A stretch of DNA of 64,000 nucleotides from Candidatus Poribacteria bacterium (lineage in GTDB: Bacteria; Poribacteria; WGA-4E; WGA-3G). The translations under genes and the position numbers were made by a program. Position 1 is the first letter of the stretch. Each line of letters opens with the position of its first letter. Positions 50,797-61,458 of the stretch are shown in pieces. The notes beneath the pieces were generated by a model. That model made no database searches. It was given only the letters and a program-made list of their open reading frames with translations, and had not been told where the DNA came from. The stretch is from the NCBI GenBank assembly GCA_965197475.1, contig CBDANF010000003.1:3104001-3168000 (forward strand), given 5' to 3'.

Positions 50797-52154
50797 TCTG
50801 ATATTTATCAAAATTCTTCATATGTCAATGTTTATCAATGTTTTCTTGGTATTTGTTCATGAAAATGCTCGCTGAGATCAGACAGCATCTGCCTCTGTCC
50901 TGAAAGTTCAAGTTGTCCTTGATGAAAGGTTTTTCGCACGGAGCGACTGACCTGCTGTATCAAAAGGTAGCTCATCACTTTCACACCTAAGTTCGCATAC
51001 GCGCCATTCCGTCCTTTTAGGCTCATGGATGCGAGGTTTAGGTCTGTTTTTAGATACCGCCAATACTGTTCTATACCGTGGTGTTGAGACCATATCCGCA
51101 GGATTTCACAAGCACGGAGTGGTTTCCCGAATACGAGCATTGTTCGGACTTTGCCACGGTCTGCCAAGAACAACACCACTACTTTTCCAAAAGTTGGACT
51201 TGTGGCTTTAGTCCGATAGACCGGTTTATCGCACCCCCATTGATTGGAGAGGAGTTTGATCGACTTTTTATGCTCCGAGAGTTTCACCTTTTTTTCATCA
51301 ATCGTCATCACATAGTTGCTTTTTCCGTGCACAAGGATCGTTTCAAATCCCATTTCTCGCAAGGTGTCAATCAAGTGGTGGCTGCCATACCACGCATCGA
51401 AGGTGATCGGATAGTTTCGGATATCTATTCCGGTCTCTTCAAAGAAGGACACCACTTCCTTGAACATAGTGATGACACAAGAGGGTTTATCCGTGTTCCC
51501 GCGGCCTTGTTTGCTGACCAGTCGCATATTCAGCGGAATGATCTGATTTCCAATCTTTAGGACGATCCCCAATATATTTTGCCCCTTCATCGGCTGTTTT
51601 GCTTGAGAAGACCACCAATTGGATGTGTAGGCGAGACCCTCTCCATAGCGGAAAACAAAGGTATCATCCACACTGATGACGATACGTAGACGCGATAGAG
51701 AAGCAGCACTTTTTGATACTGCCTCCTGTAGCACCTCTAACGCAATAGAACACCCGATACGCACAAAAAGATGCTGCCAGAGATAAAGACTCATCGTGTT
51801 CAGTTCCCGATATAGCCTCGTTTTCGGAATAGACAACGCATCCGCCACTTGATTCGGGTTAGTGAGCCCAAACAGATGACAGGTTGACAAAAACACTAAG
51901 GTATTAACAAAATGCTCTTTCAAGGTCCGAAACTGTGAAGATAGAAGTTCTTGAAAAAAAGTGGTAGATTTGATAAGCTGAGTTAGCATGAGATATCCTC
52001 CTAATGTTTGTTTATATTCAAATCTGTAATTAGGATGCTATCTCATGCTATAAAAGTCAAGGAAAATGGACACAGCAAAAACGCATTTTCATGGTGCTAT
52101 ACCTTGTTTCTATTGATTATTATTAGGTTCAAGACCATTCTGAGAAATATCAGA
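50797..52154 (-). mobile_element. IS701/IS4-like insertion sequence
   Basis: IRs TCTGATATTTATCAAAAT / TCTGATATTTCTCAGAAT; no target duplication visible. Confidence 0.85.
50835..51989 (-). CDS. DDE transposase
   Basis: VDDT, FDAWY, GIEQYWRYLK; AGGAGG RBS; second copy in window. Confidence 0.88.
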   Translation of the reverse strand: MLTQLIKSTTFFQELLSSQFRTLKEHFVNTLVFLSTCHLFGLTNPNQVADALSIPKTRLYRELNTMSLYLWQHLFVRIGCSIALEVLQEAVSKSAASLSRLRIVISVDDTFVFRYGEGLAYTSNWWSSQAKQPMKGQNILGIVLKIGNQIIPLNMRLVSKQGRGNTDKPSCVITMFKEVVSFFEETGIDIRNYPITFDAWYGSHHLIDTLREMGFETILVHGKSNYVMTIDEKKVKLSEHKKSIKLLSNQWGCDKPVYRTKATSPTFGKVVVLFLADRGKVRTMLVFGKPLRACEILRIWSQHHGIEQYWRYLKTDLNLASMSLKGRNGAYANLGVKVMSYLLIQQVSRSVRKTFHQGQLELSGQRQMLSDLSEHFHEQIPRKH

Positions 52155-52365
52155 AGGCTTAAAATATCTCAAAGCCGAATGTCTATACATGATAAAACAC
52201 GGAGGCGTAAAACACATTCCTTACGCTATGCTTTACGAGTTTATGAGATTCTTCGGCTATTTTTTAGGTGCCAACCATCAGTACATGCCGCGTTGGCTAA
52301 AAGTAATGCTCTGTAATCAGAAAAATCATTGGAAAAAATACAATGATTTTGTTGTAGAGCGGTGA
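52153..52365 (+). pseudogene. 3' remnant of a rhamnosyltransferase-like GT2 gene
   Basis: EGLKYLKAECLYMIKHG..IPY..FFGYFLG..MPRWL..NQKNHW, with no start; abuts the IS end. Confidence 0.6.
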
Positions 52366-52390
52366 TGTGTGAATATATATCTATCAGGAG

Positions 52391-53769
52391 ATGACAGTGC
52401 GTGATAAAGTCTGGGACAGATGTGTAATTACCGCTACAAATGAGTCTCAAGCGGTTGTCTACCGACTCCAACTACAACACTTGAAAAAAAAGGGGGTACT
52501 CCATCCGGAGACGGAATACCTTGTTATTCCAGACCCCGGTGGGGTAAGAATAGGCAGTGGGGGGCAACATTCCACGTTCTCAGACAGTTGCAAAGCAACG
52601 GTCAAGAAACGGACAGGGTAGATTCCCGCCTTCTTATACTCCACTCGGGCGGAGACAGTCGACGGATTCCCCATCAAAGTCTTTTTGGAAAAGTGTTTGC
52701 CCCGCTTCCACCACCAATGGATTCCATCTTTGAAGTAATGTATCATTTTCTCACGCCCATCGGTGCTCAGATTGATGCGGGAATAGTGGTAGCATGTGGG
52801 GACACATGGATCCAATTGAACACCTCTGGTGCAATGTCATCGTCTCCCGATTCAATTTCACTTTCCGAAGGATTCGACGTGACAGGAATCGCCTATTGGG
52901 GATCTATTGAACTCGGAAGCCGACACGGTGTCTATGACATTGCTAAAAACACGCAGGAAGTCCAGCATTGTCTACAAAAGCACCCTGCTGAAAAGTTGCG
53001 TGATGCAGGTGTTTGCGACCCCTCAGGGAGGGTTGCAATTGATACAGGCATTTTACTCTTTCGCCCCACTGCGATGATGCAACTACAATCGTTAGCCAAC
53101 TTATTCCCTGAAGATGTTTACGTCGATCTGCACGGAGATATACTCCCCGCGATGGCAAGCAAAACTGATCGTTACCGGTTTACGAGCAAACACCCATACC
53201 TTTGGACACTATTATGGGAAAAGTTGTCTATGCTTCGCTTTAGTGTCTGCAGTCCGCCATCGCTTGAGTTTGCGCACACAGGCACGACGCAGGAATACCT
53301 TGAATTGATTAAACACCCGATTAAGGCACACACGTCGATCTCGTGTCAAGTTCCATTGGACGAGGGATGGGTAAACTTGATTTACGGTGTGATGGATGTG
53401 CCGACTGTCTGTGGAGACGATGCCACGCTTTTCGGACAATCTATTCTCCAATGGCTACACCATCATGAGCTAACCCCCGAAGCAATTTGGAACGAAGAAA
53501 AGAGGGCAAACGCTTCCCAATGTTGTCTCTGGAATGCCCGTTTCTATCCCACCTATCATACTACCAACCCGAATGTCGCATTTTCGATTTCAATAGAAGA
53601 TTCAATCGAACAGCCCGACTGGTTCCGGAGGCCCAACGCAGAATGGCGAAACAGTGAACGACTCTCTATGGGAGAAATCATAGCACGTGCCGATAGGGTG
53701 AAAGTTTTCGTTCAACAGCAAAAAGTGGATTCATTTGGTTTCATACGCAATAAAAAATCGTCAAAATGA
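52391..53769 (+). pseudogene. Fucose-1-phosphate guanylyltransferase/fucokinase-N-like gene, frameshifted at G6 (52559-52564)
   Basis: WD..VITA..Q..Y, DPGG.RIGSGG then, with one extra G, ATFHVL..LILHSGGDSRRIP. Confidence 0.75.
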
Positions 53770-53782
53770 CAAAAAGGATATA

Positions 53783-54487
53783 ATGTCAATGGAAATAGAA
53801 GTTTCTGTCGTCATGCCATGTCTTAACGAGGAAGAAACCCTCGGCACCTGCATTAAGAAAGCACAATCTACACTGAAATCTTTAGGCATTCAAGGCGAAG
53901 TCGTTATTGCGGATAATGGATCGACTGATGACTCTGTTGCAATCACTGAACGTCTCGGAGCAAGGGTTGTCCATCAACCGGTTCGCGGATACGGTGCTGC
54001 CTACCTCGCGGGCTTTGCAGCAGCACAAGGGCAATACATTGTCATGGGAGACTCCGATGATACGTATGATTTCACAGATTTAGAACGGTTCATCACACCT
54101 CTTCAAAATGGATACGACCTTGTGATGGGCAATCGATTCAAGGGTGAAATCCTGCCAGGGGCAATGCCGTGGGCACGCCGCTACATCGGCAACCCTATTT
54201 TGTCTGGCATCTTGCGTGTCCTTTTTGGGACATACATATCAGATTCACACTGCGGGATGCGTTCATTCACGGTTGATGCCTATAAACGAATGGCACTGCA
54301 AACAACCGGCATGGAATTCGCCTCTGAAATGGTTATTAAAGCGGTAGAGACAGATTTAAAAATACTTGAAATCCCTATTACCTATCACCCACGTGCAGGC
54401 GAGTCAAAACTGAATGCTATCAGAGATGCATCACGACACCTACGTTTTATGTTAAAATACAAACTCTTCCAAAAGAGTAATGATTAA
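53783..54487 (+). CDS. GT2 family glycosyltransferase (DPM1-like)
   Basis: VVMPCLNEE, DNGSTD, GYGAA, MGDSDDTYD. Confidence 0.92.
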   Translation: MSMEIEVSVVMPCLNEEETLGTCIKKAQSTLKSLGIQGEVVIADNGSTDDSVAITERLGARVVHQPVRGYGAAYLAGFAAAQGQYIVMGDSDDTYDFTDLERFITPLQNGYDLVMGNRFKGEILPGAMPWARRYIGNPILSGILRVLFGTYISDSHCGMRSFTVDAYKRMALQTTGMEFASEMVIKAVETDLKILEIPITYHPRAGESKLNAIRDASRHLRFMLKYKLFQKSND

Positions 54488-54742
54488 CTTGCCTTATAGG
54501 TGTTAATTTTGGACGTGGGTTGGATGAACGGGAAAAATAGACATATCTAAAATCCGCGTAATCCATTTTATCCGCTATTCAGACAATCCTCACATCCCCT
54601 TCCCAGAAAAACACGATACTTGCCTCGTAAATTGACGTATAAACCAAAATTTCTACACACCTATCAAGTTAAATTCCTCTTGATATATAGCAATATATTT
54701 GTTAAAATGACTATCAATTCATTTGAAAATAGGGAGACCTTC

Positions 54743-55603
54743 ATGATTTTTGGACAAGGAACGCATCAATATAAGGTGCAAGAAAATTGGTGGACACTAC
54801 CGGATGGCTGGGAATTTGGATGGATTCCTGCTGTTGCTGTTGATTCACAGGATCGTGTCTATGTCTATAGCCGAAGCGAACATCCGATGGTGGTTTTTGA
54901 CCGTGATGGGAATTTCCTAACCTCTTGGGGTGATGATATTCTCAAGGATGCACACGGTATTTTCATTGATGACGATGATAACATCTATTGTGTGGAACGC
55001 GAAACGCACGTGATGCATAAATTCACTACAGACGGGGAACTGCTCATGACCCTCGGCACAATGGACAAGCCCGGTGCAGAGGGTAAACCCTTCAATCTGC
55101 CGACAGATTTAGCACTCGGTCCAGATGGTGAGATGTATATCAGTGACGGATATGACAATGCGCGGATTCATAAATATTCACCCGACGGAGAGTTAATTAA
55201 ATCTTGGGGAAAACCGGGAACAGGTCCTGGGGAATTTGACTTACCACACTGTGTCAGAGTTGACCCTCGCAATCGGCTTATGGTTGCAGACCGAGAAAAT
55301 AATCGGATCCAGTTTTTCACTTTGGATGGAGAATACATTGAGGAATGGAGTGACCTGCTGCAACCCGACACGATTTTTATTGACGAAGACGAGCTTGTGT
55401 ACGTTGCAGAACTTGAGCAGCGCGTCTCGATTATGACTTTGGATGGGGAAGTAGTTTCACAATGGGGTAGTGAGCACGGCAGTACCGTTCCTGGAGAATT
55501 TGTGGCTTGTCCACACGGTATCTGGTTAGATTCGCATGGAGACATCTACGTTGGCGAGGTTCAAGCAGATGCAAGATTACAAAAATACATTAGGCAACGG
55601 TAA
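54743..55603 (+). CDS. NHL-repeat protein (PAL-like)
   Basis: FNLPTD, SDGYDNARIHKY, PGEFDLPH, ADRENNRIQ. Confidence 0.88.
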   Translation: MIFGQGTHQYKVQENWWTLPDGWEFGWIPAVAVDSQDRVYVYSRSEHPMVVFDRDGNFLTSWGDDILKDAHGIFIDDDDNIYCVERETHVMHKFTTDGELLMTLGTMDKPGAEGKPFNLPTDLALGPDGEMYISDGYDNARIHKYSPDGELIKSWGKPGTGPGEFDLPHCVRVDPRNRLMVADRENNRIQFFTLDGEYIEEWSDLLQPDTIFIDEDELVYVAELEQRVSIMTLDGEVVSQWGSEHGSTVPGEFVACPHGIWLDSHGDIYVGEVQADARLQKYIRQR

Positions 55604-55704
55604 GTCTTTTTCGCTGTCCTTCGATAGAAAAGGATAAACGTGATATTGTCTAAATACTCACAATAGAAACGATGCGTTGGATACCACTGAAAGGATAAAA
55701 TAAA

Positions 55705-57120
55705 ATGGCAGAAAACTTATCATTTTTCCAAAAAGTAAACAAGGATTTTGACAAAGCTGCTCAGTTCACAGAATACCCGCAGGGTTTACTGGACCAAATC
55801 AAAATTTGTAACAGTTCCTGTCATTTTACCTTTCCATTAAAACGTGATGACGGTACCATTCAAACGATGCACGGATGGCGTGCCGAACATAGCCATCACA
55901 ACCTTCCAACAAAAGGTGGAATCCGCTACAGTACATTGGTAAACGAAGATGAGATAATGGCACTTGCCGCTTTGATGACCTATAAATGCGCACTGGTAAA
56001 CCTGCCGTTTGGAGGCGCAAAAGGGGGCATACAACTTGACAGAAATGAGTATTCTGAGAGTGAATTGGAAAGAATCACCCGTCGCTATACTTATGAACTG
56101 ATCCAGAAGAACTATATCGGTCCCGGTGTGGATGTGCCTGCGCCTGATTTCGGAACAAGTGAAAACGAGATGGCGTGGATTCTTGATACATATCTCACAA
56201 TGTCACCCGACAAACTCAATGCTATCGCGTGTGTAACTGGAAAACCGATTGAACAGAACGGAATTCAAGGACGTAGAGAGGCTACAGGACAAGGTGTAGC
56301 CTTCGGATTGGAAGAGGTATGCAGTTTTGAAGACGATATGAAGCAGGTAGGACTTGCTCCCGGTCTGAAAGGGAAAACCGTTGTAATTCAAGGCTTTGGA
56401 AATGTCGGATATCATGCCGCAAAATTCTTAAGCAAATATGAGGCAATAGTTATCGGAATCGCCGAAGTAGAGGGGGCAATCTATAACCAGAATGGATTAG
56501 ATATTGAAAAAGTGTCTATGTTTCGAGAAGAAACTGGCTCAATTCGGCATTTTCCAGACGCAACGTTTATTGAGAATCCGAACCACAGTTTGGAGTTGGA
56601 ATGTGACATTCTTGTTCCCGCAGCGTTAGAAAATCAGATAACTGCGGATAACGCACCACATATAAAAGCTCGGATTGTTGCCGAAGCTGCTAACGGTCCA
56701 ACCACCTCAATAGCTCATGAAATATTGCGACAACGTGGAGTTCTAATCATTCCGGATACATATCTAAACTCTGGTGGTGTAACCGTCTCCTACTTTGAAT
56801 GGCTCCGTAATTTATCGCACGTCGGATTCGGACGGCTTGCCAGAAGGTATGAAGAAAGCGCGTACAATGCAATGCTCCTCTTTATAGAACAAGCCACAGG
56901 ATACCAATTTTCCGACGATGAACGCGGACCTGTACACGGTGCCGATGAAACAGATTTGGTGAACTCAGGTCTTCAAGATACCATGATAAACGCGTATCAA
57001 GAAATCCGAGAAACCCGATTGAAATACGGAAAAGATGTTGTAGATAGCAGAACAGCGGCGTTTATCAATGCTATTCATAAAATTGCGCAATCCTATATGC
57101 AGCTTGGTATTTTTCCATAA
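55705..57120 (+). CDS. gdhA: Glutamate dehydrogenase (Glu/Leu/Phe/Val family)
   Basis: PTKGGIRY, GGAKGG, DVPAPD, QGFGNVG, EAANGP, VSYFEW. Confidence 0.94.
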   Translation: MAENLSFFQKVNKDFDKAAQFTEYPQGLLDQIKICNSSCHFTFPLKRDDGTIQTMHGWRAEHSHHNLPTKGGIRYSTLVNEDEIMALAALMTYKCALVNLPFGGAKGGIQLDRNEYSESELERITRRYTYELIQKNYIGPGVDVPAPDFGTSENEMAWILDTYLTMSPDKLNAIACVTGKPIEQNGIQGRREATGQGVAFGLEEVCSFEDDMKQVGLAPGLKGKTVVIQGFGNVGYHAAKFLSKYEAIVIGIAEVEGAIYNQNGLDIEKVSMFREETGSIRHFPDATFIENPNHSLELECDILVPAALENQITADNAPHIKARIVAEAANGPTTSIAHEILRQRGVLIIPDTYLNSGGVTVSYFEWLRNLSHVGFGRLARRYEESAYNAMLLFIEQATGYQFSDDERGPVHGADETDLVNSGLQDTMINAYQEIRETRLKYGKDVVDSRTAAFINAIHKIAQSYMQLGIFP

Positions 57121-57156
57121 TTCTATTCATAGTATAGTAAAATATTACATCTACCG

Positions 57157-57181
57157 GTAGGCGCGCTTTGTAAGCGCGCTG
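57157..57181. repeat. GTAG-type REP palindrome
   Basis: GTAGGCGCGCTTTGTAAGCGCGCTG; inverted near-copy at about 27506-27530. Confidence 0.6.
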
Positions 57182-57256
57182 ATCAAGGTGCATCGCTAAT
57201 TGTAAAATTTAATGAGTGTGCCTCTAACAACACCTAAAAGAGATAAAGGAGAAAAG

Positions 57257-58009
57257 ATGATCTGTTTGAGCGTCAATGTTAACAAAGTCGCAACATTACG
57301 AAATTCGAGGGGAGGTGACATTCCGGATGTCCTTACTGCTGTCAATACTTGTATTGATGCCGGTGCACAAGGCATTACGGTGCATCCCCGTGAGGATCAA
57401 CGTCATATTAGACCAACGGATGTCTATGAAATCGCAGAACGGTTAAAAAAGATAAATGCCGAAAAAAAATACAACATTGAATATAATATTGAAGGTGATC
57501 CACGCCCAGGACTTCTTGAAATGGTGTTGGAGGTGCAACCAACACAATGCACACTCGTCCCAGTTGTCAGCGGAGAAATCACCAGCCACACCGTCTGGAA
57601 TGTCCAAAAAGATGGCGACATGTTGAAACCAATAATAAACACTCTGAAAAATGCTGGAATCCGTATTAGTCTGTTTAGCGGAACCGATCTTGAACAGATA
57701 GAGAGAACAGCGGACATCGGTGCAGACAGAATTGAACTCTACACTGAACCTTATGCGATGGCGCAGACCGATGCTGAAATCGAACGCGAATTTTCGCTTT
57801 TGAAGAAAGCTGGTGAAAAGGCACTTGATTTAGGTCTTGGTACAAACGCAGGGCATGATCTCAATCTTGATAATCTACCTTTGATGCAGAAATTACCAGG
57901 ACTGCTTGAAGTTTCTATTGGACACCACTTGATGGCAGATGCTCTCTATATCGGGTTAGAAGCTGCGGTCAAAGCTTACCGGGCTGTGTTAGGACAGGAT
58001 ATACAATGA
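57257..58009 (+). CDS. pdxJ: Pyridoxine 5'-phosphate synthase
   Basis: LSVNVNKVATLRNSRG, GITVHPREDQRHI, NAGHDL, VSIGH. Confidence 0.96.
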   Translation: MICLSVNVNKVATLRNSRGGDIPDVLTAVNTCIDAGAQGITVHPREDQRHIRPTDVYEIAERLKKINAEKKYNIEYNIEGDPRPGLLEMVLEVQPTQCTLVPVVSGEITSHTVWNVQKDGDMLKPIINTLKNAGIRISLFSGTDLEQIERTADIGADRIELYTEPYAMAQTDAEIEREFSLLKKAGEKALDLGLGTNAGHDLNLDNLPLMQKLPGLLEVSIGHHLMADALYIGLEAAVKAYRAVLGQDIQ

Positions 58010-58641
58010 AAAAAACGTGTGCTATCTTCGACCTTGATGGAACGCTTATTCGTCTTTCCTCTGAGAAAGTTTTTCTCAAACATTTGCTGAGCCACGGGGA
58101 AATTCCTGTATCAAATCTGCTGGCGTGGATGTCCTATTTTCTGAAAGTCAGATCGTATCCTGAGGCAAAATCAAACAAAGTCCATCTGCGCGGTTTAGAA
58201 CAGCACCACCTTTGTGAACTTGCACGGGAATGTTTTGCCAATTCACTTCGTGATAGTATAACACCTCACATCTCAACGTTAATACACACCCACCGCAGTG
58301 AAGGACGAACGGTAATTCTGATGTCTGGTTCGCTATCGTTTCTGGTTGAACTCTTTCATGAGCATTTTCAGACAGACATCATGATTGCAGACGAGTTAGA
58401 GGTCGTTGATGGAAGGTTTACCGGCAAACGTATCGGATTGCGTCCTTATGCTCAGAACAAGGCATCCCTGGCGCACCAACTCGCTATGACACATGGGTTT
58501 GACCTTAGCACCTCTTATGCTTATGGAAACCATCACTCTGATGTTTATAAACTTGAATTGTTTGGCTATCCAGTCGCGGTAAACCCGAATCGGGAGCTTC
58601 GCCGAATAGCAACAGAGAGAAATTGGCAGATAGAATTGTAG
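58006..58641 (+). CDS. HAD-IB family hydrolase
   Basis: FDLDGTL, MSGS, AYGN..SD, AVNP. Confidence 0.88.
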   Translation: MKKTCAIFDLDGTLIRLSSEKVFLKHLLSHGEIPVSNLLAWMSYFLKVRSYPEAKSNKVHLRGLEQHHLCELARECFANSLRDSITPHISTLIHTHRSEGRTVILMSGSLSFLVELFHEHFQTDIMIADELEVVDGRFTGKRIGLRPYAQNKASLAHQLAMTHGFDLSTSYAYGNHHSDVYKLELFGYPVAVNPNRELRRIATERNWQIEL

Positions 58642-58660
58642 TCATGGGTAGGGGACAACA

Positions 58661-59407
58661 GTGCGGCTTGAGAAATATATCGCTACTTCAGGTATCGCCT
58701 CTCGACGAGCAGTAAAACGAGCAATTCGTGAGGGACATGTCTCCGTAAACGGCACAAAGATTGTCATTCCTGGGCACCCAATTGACGTGGAAAAGGATTA
58801 TATTGAATTTGAAGGAAAACAGGTTGAACCGCTAACAGAATGTATCTATCTCATGTTGAATAAACCTACTGGTTATTTGACAACCCGTCGTGATGAGCGC
58901 GGTCGTCCTACGGTAATGGATCTTTTAGCGGATCTACCTAAATCTATTTATCCAGTAGGGCGTTTGGATTTAGAGACTGAAGGTCTTCTGCTATTTACGA
59001 ACGATGGAAAATTCGCTTATCGGTTGATGCATCCCAGTCATGAGATTGAAAAGACCTATCTCGCGTGGGTAAACGGTGTTCCAAGCAATCGCGCACTGGA
59101 CCGCTTACGTAATGGTGTCGCTATTCCTGGCGGAATAACATCCCCGGCAAAAATCAAGCGGTTAAATGTGAAGCATGTTCCTATTTCAACAGTGAAGAAA
59201 AGAGCAGATAAGAACGAGACAGTATCAAAACTTAGGGTGATTATCCACGAAGGAAAAAAACGGCAGGTCCGTTTTATGTTTAAGGCGGTGGGGCACCGAG
59301 TGATCCGATTGAAACGAACGCGTGTCGGCACATTAGGGTTGGGCAATCTCCCGCAGGGGCAGTATCGATTTCTGACCCCCGCGGAAGTTGCTAAATTACA
59401 AGTTTAG
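58661..59407 (+). CDS. rluB: rRNA pseudouridine synthase (RluB/RsuA family)
   Basis: S4 RLEKY..SRR; PVGRLD..TEGLLL.TNDG; EGKKRQVR. Confidence 0.88.
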   Translation: MRLEKYIATSGIASRRAVKRAIREGHVSVNGTKIVIPGHPIDVEKDYIEFEGKQVEPLTECIYLMLNKPTGYLTTRRDERGRPTVMDLLADLPKSIYPVGRLDLETEGLLLFTNDGKFAYRLMHPSHEIEKTYLAWVNGVPSNRALDRLRNGVAIPGGITSPAKIKRLNVKHVPISTVKKRADKNETVSKLRVIIHEGKKRQVRFMFKAVGHRVIRLKRTRVGTLGLGNLPQGQYRFLTPAEVAKLQV

Positions 59408-60612
59408 TTGTCGCCTTCATCTGCGGCTTCCGCAGATGATTTTTTGACATCTGTCAGTACTTTCTCAGCACCTTGCTTCAACCGTTCATTGGTGGTGTGA
59501 TTCATTAACTTTTCAAGCACCGCAATAGATTTATCAAGCTGTCCGTCGAGTGAATAGGTAACCCCAAGATAATACTGAGCAAAGTCATAAACACTGCTCT
59601 TTGGATATGTGTTTATGACTTTTTGGAAGTGCATCTCAGCCATTTTTGCGCTTTCAGCTGCTACACCTTCTGCTTTGCCTTGAATCAGATTGACGTAAGT
59701 GAGTCCGATTTGCATGTGCATATCAGGAAGAAGTCCCGAAATGTTTTCTGGGTCTTTTTCGAAAACCCTTTCACTGAACGGGAGTGCTTTCTTAATTTTC
59801 TTCTGTTGCAAATAGGTAACAGCGATTTTGTGGTTCAACTTGACATCATTAGGCATCTTCTCACTAATCAGAAGTGCTTTGCCAATTTCGTTCTTACTAA
59901 GATAAAAGAAACCGAATTCGCGGTTAAGTTCAACATCATTAGGCATCTTTTTGCTAATCAGAAGTGCTTTGTCAATTTCATTCTTACCAAGATAAAAGAT
60001 ACCGAATTCGCGGTTGAGTTCAACATCGTCAGGCATCTTTTTACTGATCGGAAGTGCTTTGTCAATTTGTTGCCGTTTCAGATAGAGAATGGCAATTTCA
60101 CGGTTCAGTTTGGGATCGTCAGGCTTTTCCATGAATTTCGCCAATTTTTCTTGGAATTCTGCCTCTTTTTTTAGGACATCTTCCATTACAGGTAAAAATT
60201 CATCAGGAGCCGCGTAACCTGAGTGGTTCTTGATAACACCACCATCCGGGGCAATAAACAGAATTGCGGGGAATCCTCTAACCCCGTATTTTTTCCGTGC
60301 TTCCTCATTTGCAGGTTGTTCCTTAATTTCTGGGTTTACTTTGACAGGAATGAAATTCTCTGCGATGGTAACAATACGCGCATCCGTGAATGTGTCGGCA
60401 TCCAGCCGCTTACACCAACCTCACCAATCTGTATAGAAGTCCATCATAATGGGTTTGCCGGTTTCAGTGGCTTGTGAGGTTGCTTCTGCAATAGAAGTTC
60501 CCCATTGGACTTTTTCCCCTTCTGCAAGAACTGGAATTGATACTGCCATTAACAAAAGAACAGTAAGTCCAGCCAGATAGGGGACGTGTCGGTGAAAAAC
60601 AGAATTAAACAT
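59404..60612 (-). CDS. Putative selenoprotein: exported thioredoxin-like (WUGWC) domain plus TPR-like repeats, 402 aa
   Basis: AAGGAG RBS; signal peptide; MDFYTDW-TGA(60421-60423)-GWCKRLD..YGVRGFPAILF, in frame with ORF 59404..60186. Confidence 0.9.
59764..60123 (-). repeat. Four tandem 90-bp (30-aa) coding repeats
   Basis: AGGC(A/T)T units at 59851, 59941, 60031, 60121; P(D/N)D..LN.E...YL....I.KAL.IS.KM. Confidence 0.85.
60392..60415 (-). promoter_or_regulatory. Candidate bacterial SECIS hairpin
   Basis: GUGU-AAG-CGGC-UGGAU-GCCG-ACAC; upper stem starts 12 nt after the UGA. Confidence 0.7.
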
Positions 60613-60819
60613 TAGTTCTCTCCTTATTTTAACTTGAGCGATCAAAATGAGGCATTTGCCTAAATTGTGATGTTGAGCGGAAATCCGCGCAAACGGGTAC
60701 CGCTTTCATAATTGTTAACATAATATCACATTCAAGAAAAAATGTCCAGAAAAAATAGGATGTGTAAATATTTTGTCACATAGGAGCAATGGATAAAGAA
60801 AACGGCATGTGTTTCTACT

Positions 60820-61084
60820 GTAGGGCGGGGTCTCTGCGCCACGCCAGCAGCACCAGCAGTGCGGAATGTGTAAGAAAACAACCTCCAACACCCTCTTGAG
60901 CCCAGCGGTGCGACAGGTGTATTACAACCCATATAATGGACACCTTTCGCCCCTCTGGGGCTTTGTGAATGGGGGTTACGACTGTTCTATACACCTTTCG
61001 TCCCTCTGGGGCTTAGATATCCAAAATATAGGTTTATTTCCTTAAATTGACATAAGGGTTTCACGGTGTTCCACCCAACCTACA
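60820..61084. repeat. Intergenic cluster of REP-like units
   Basis: GTAGGGCG..; ACACCTTTCG(C/T)CCCTCTGGGGCTT at 60940 and 60991 with an inverted copy at about 60898; ..CAACCTAC. Confidence 0.6.
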
Positions 61085-61230
61085 AGATGTCAGATGTTTC
61101 GGAAGTGGCTGATATTTAAAGTTCACGAATTGCTTTAAAAGGTTTGATAACATCTTCTAAAATAAGGTATAATGTTATAAACTTTAGCAGATCGCGTGAT
61201 ATAGATATTCCTTGCAAGGAGGAAACATAA

Positions 61231-61458
61231 ATGTCTAATGAACGACTGACATTTGAGGAAACGGAACAGAAATATCCTGACGAATGGTTGTTTATCGTTG
61301 ATTGCGAACACAGCGAAAACACAGAACTTCTGTCAGGACGCGTTTTAGTCCATAGTAAATCCCGTGCTGATATTTATAATGCTTCAGGGCATTATAAAGG
61401 TGGTGCAGCAATACGTTATACTGGTGAACTCCCGAAGGGGATAAGGTACCTGTTATAA
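61231..61458 (+). CDS. Small hypothetical protein (75 aa)
   Basis: AGGAGG RBS; KYPDEWL..GRVLVHS..YTG; stop overlaps the next start. Confidence 0.75.
   Translation: MSNERLTFEETEQKYPDEWLFIVDCEHSENTELLSGRVLVHSKSRADIYNASGHYKGGAAIRYTGELPKGIRYLL

Noticed and set aside
50797-50875. C-terminal hydrophobic tail of ORF 49172..50875 as a membrane anchor
   Set aside because: It is read-through into the IS terminus, identical to sequence from 35717
60898-61014. 24-bp repeats as a CRISPR array
   Set aside because: Only two direct copies plus an inverted one; no cas genes; similar units dispersed elsewhere
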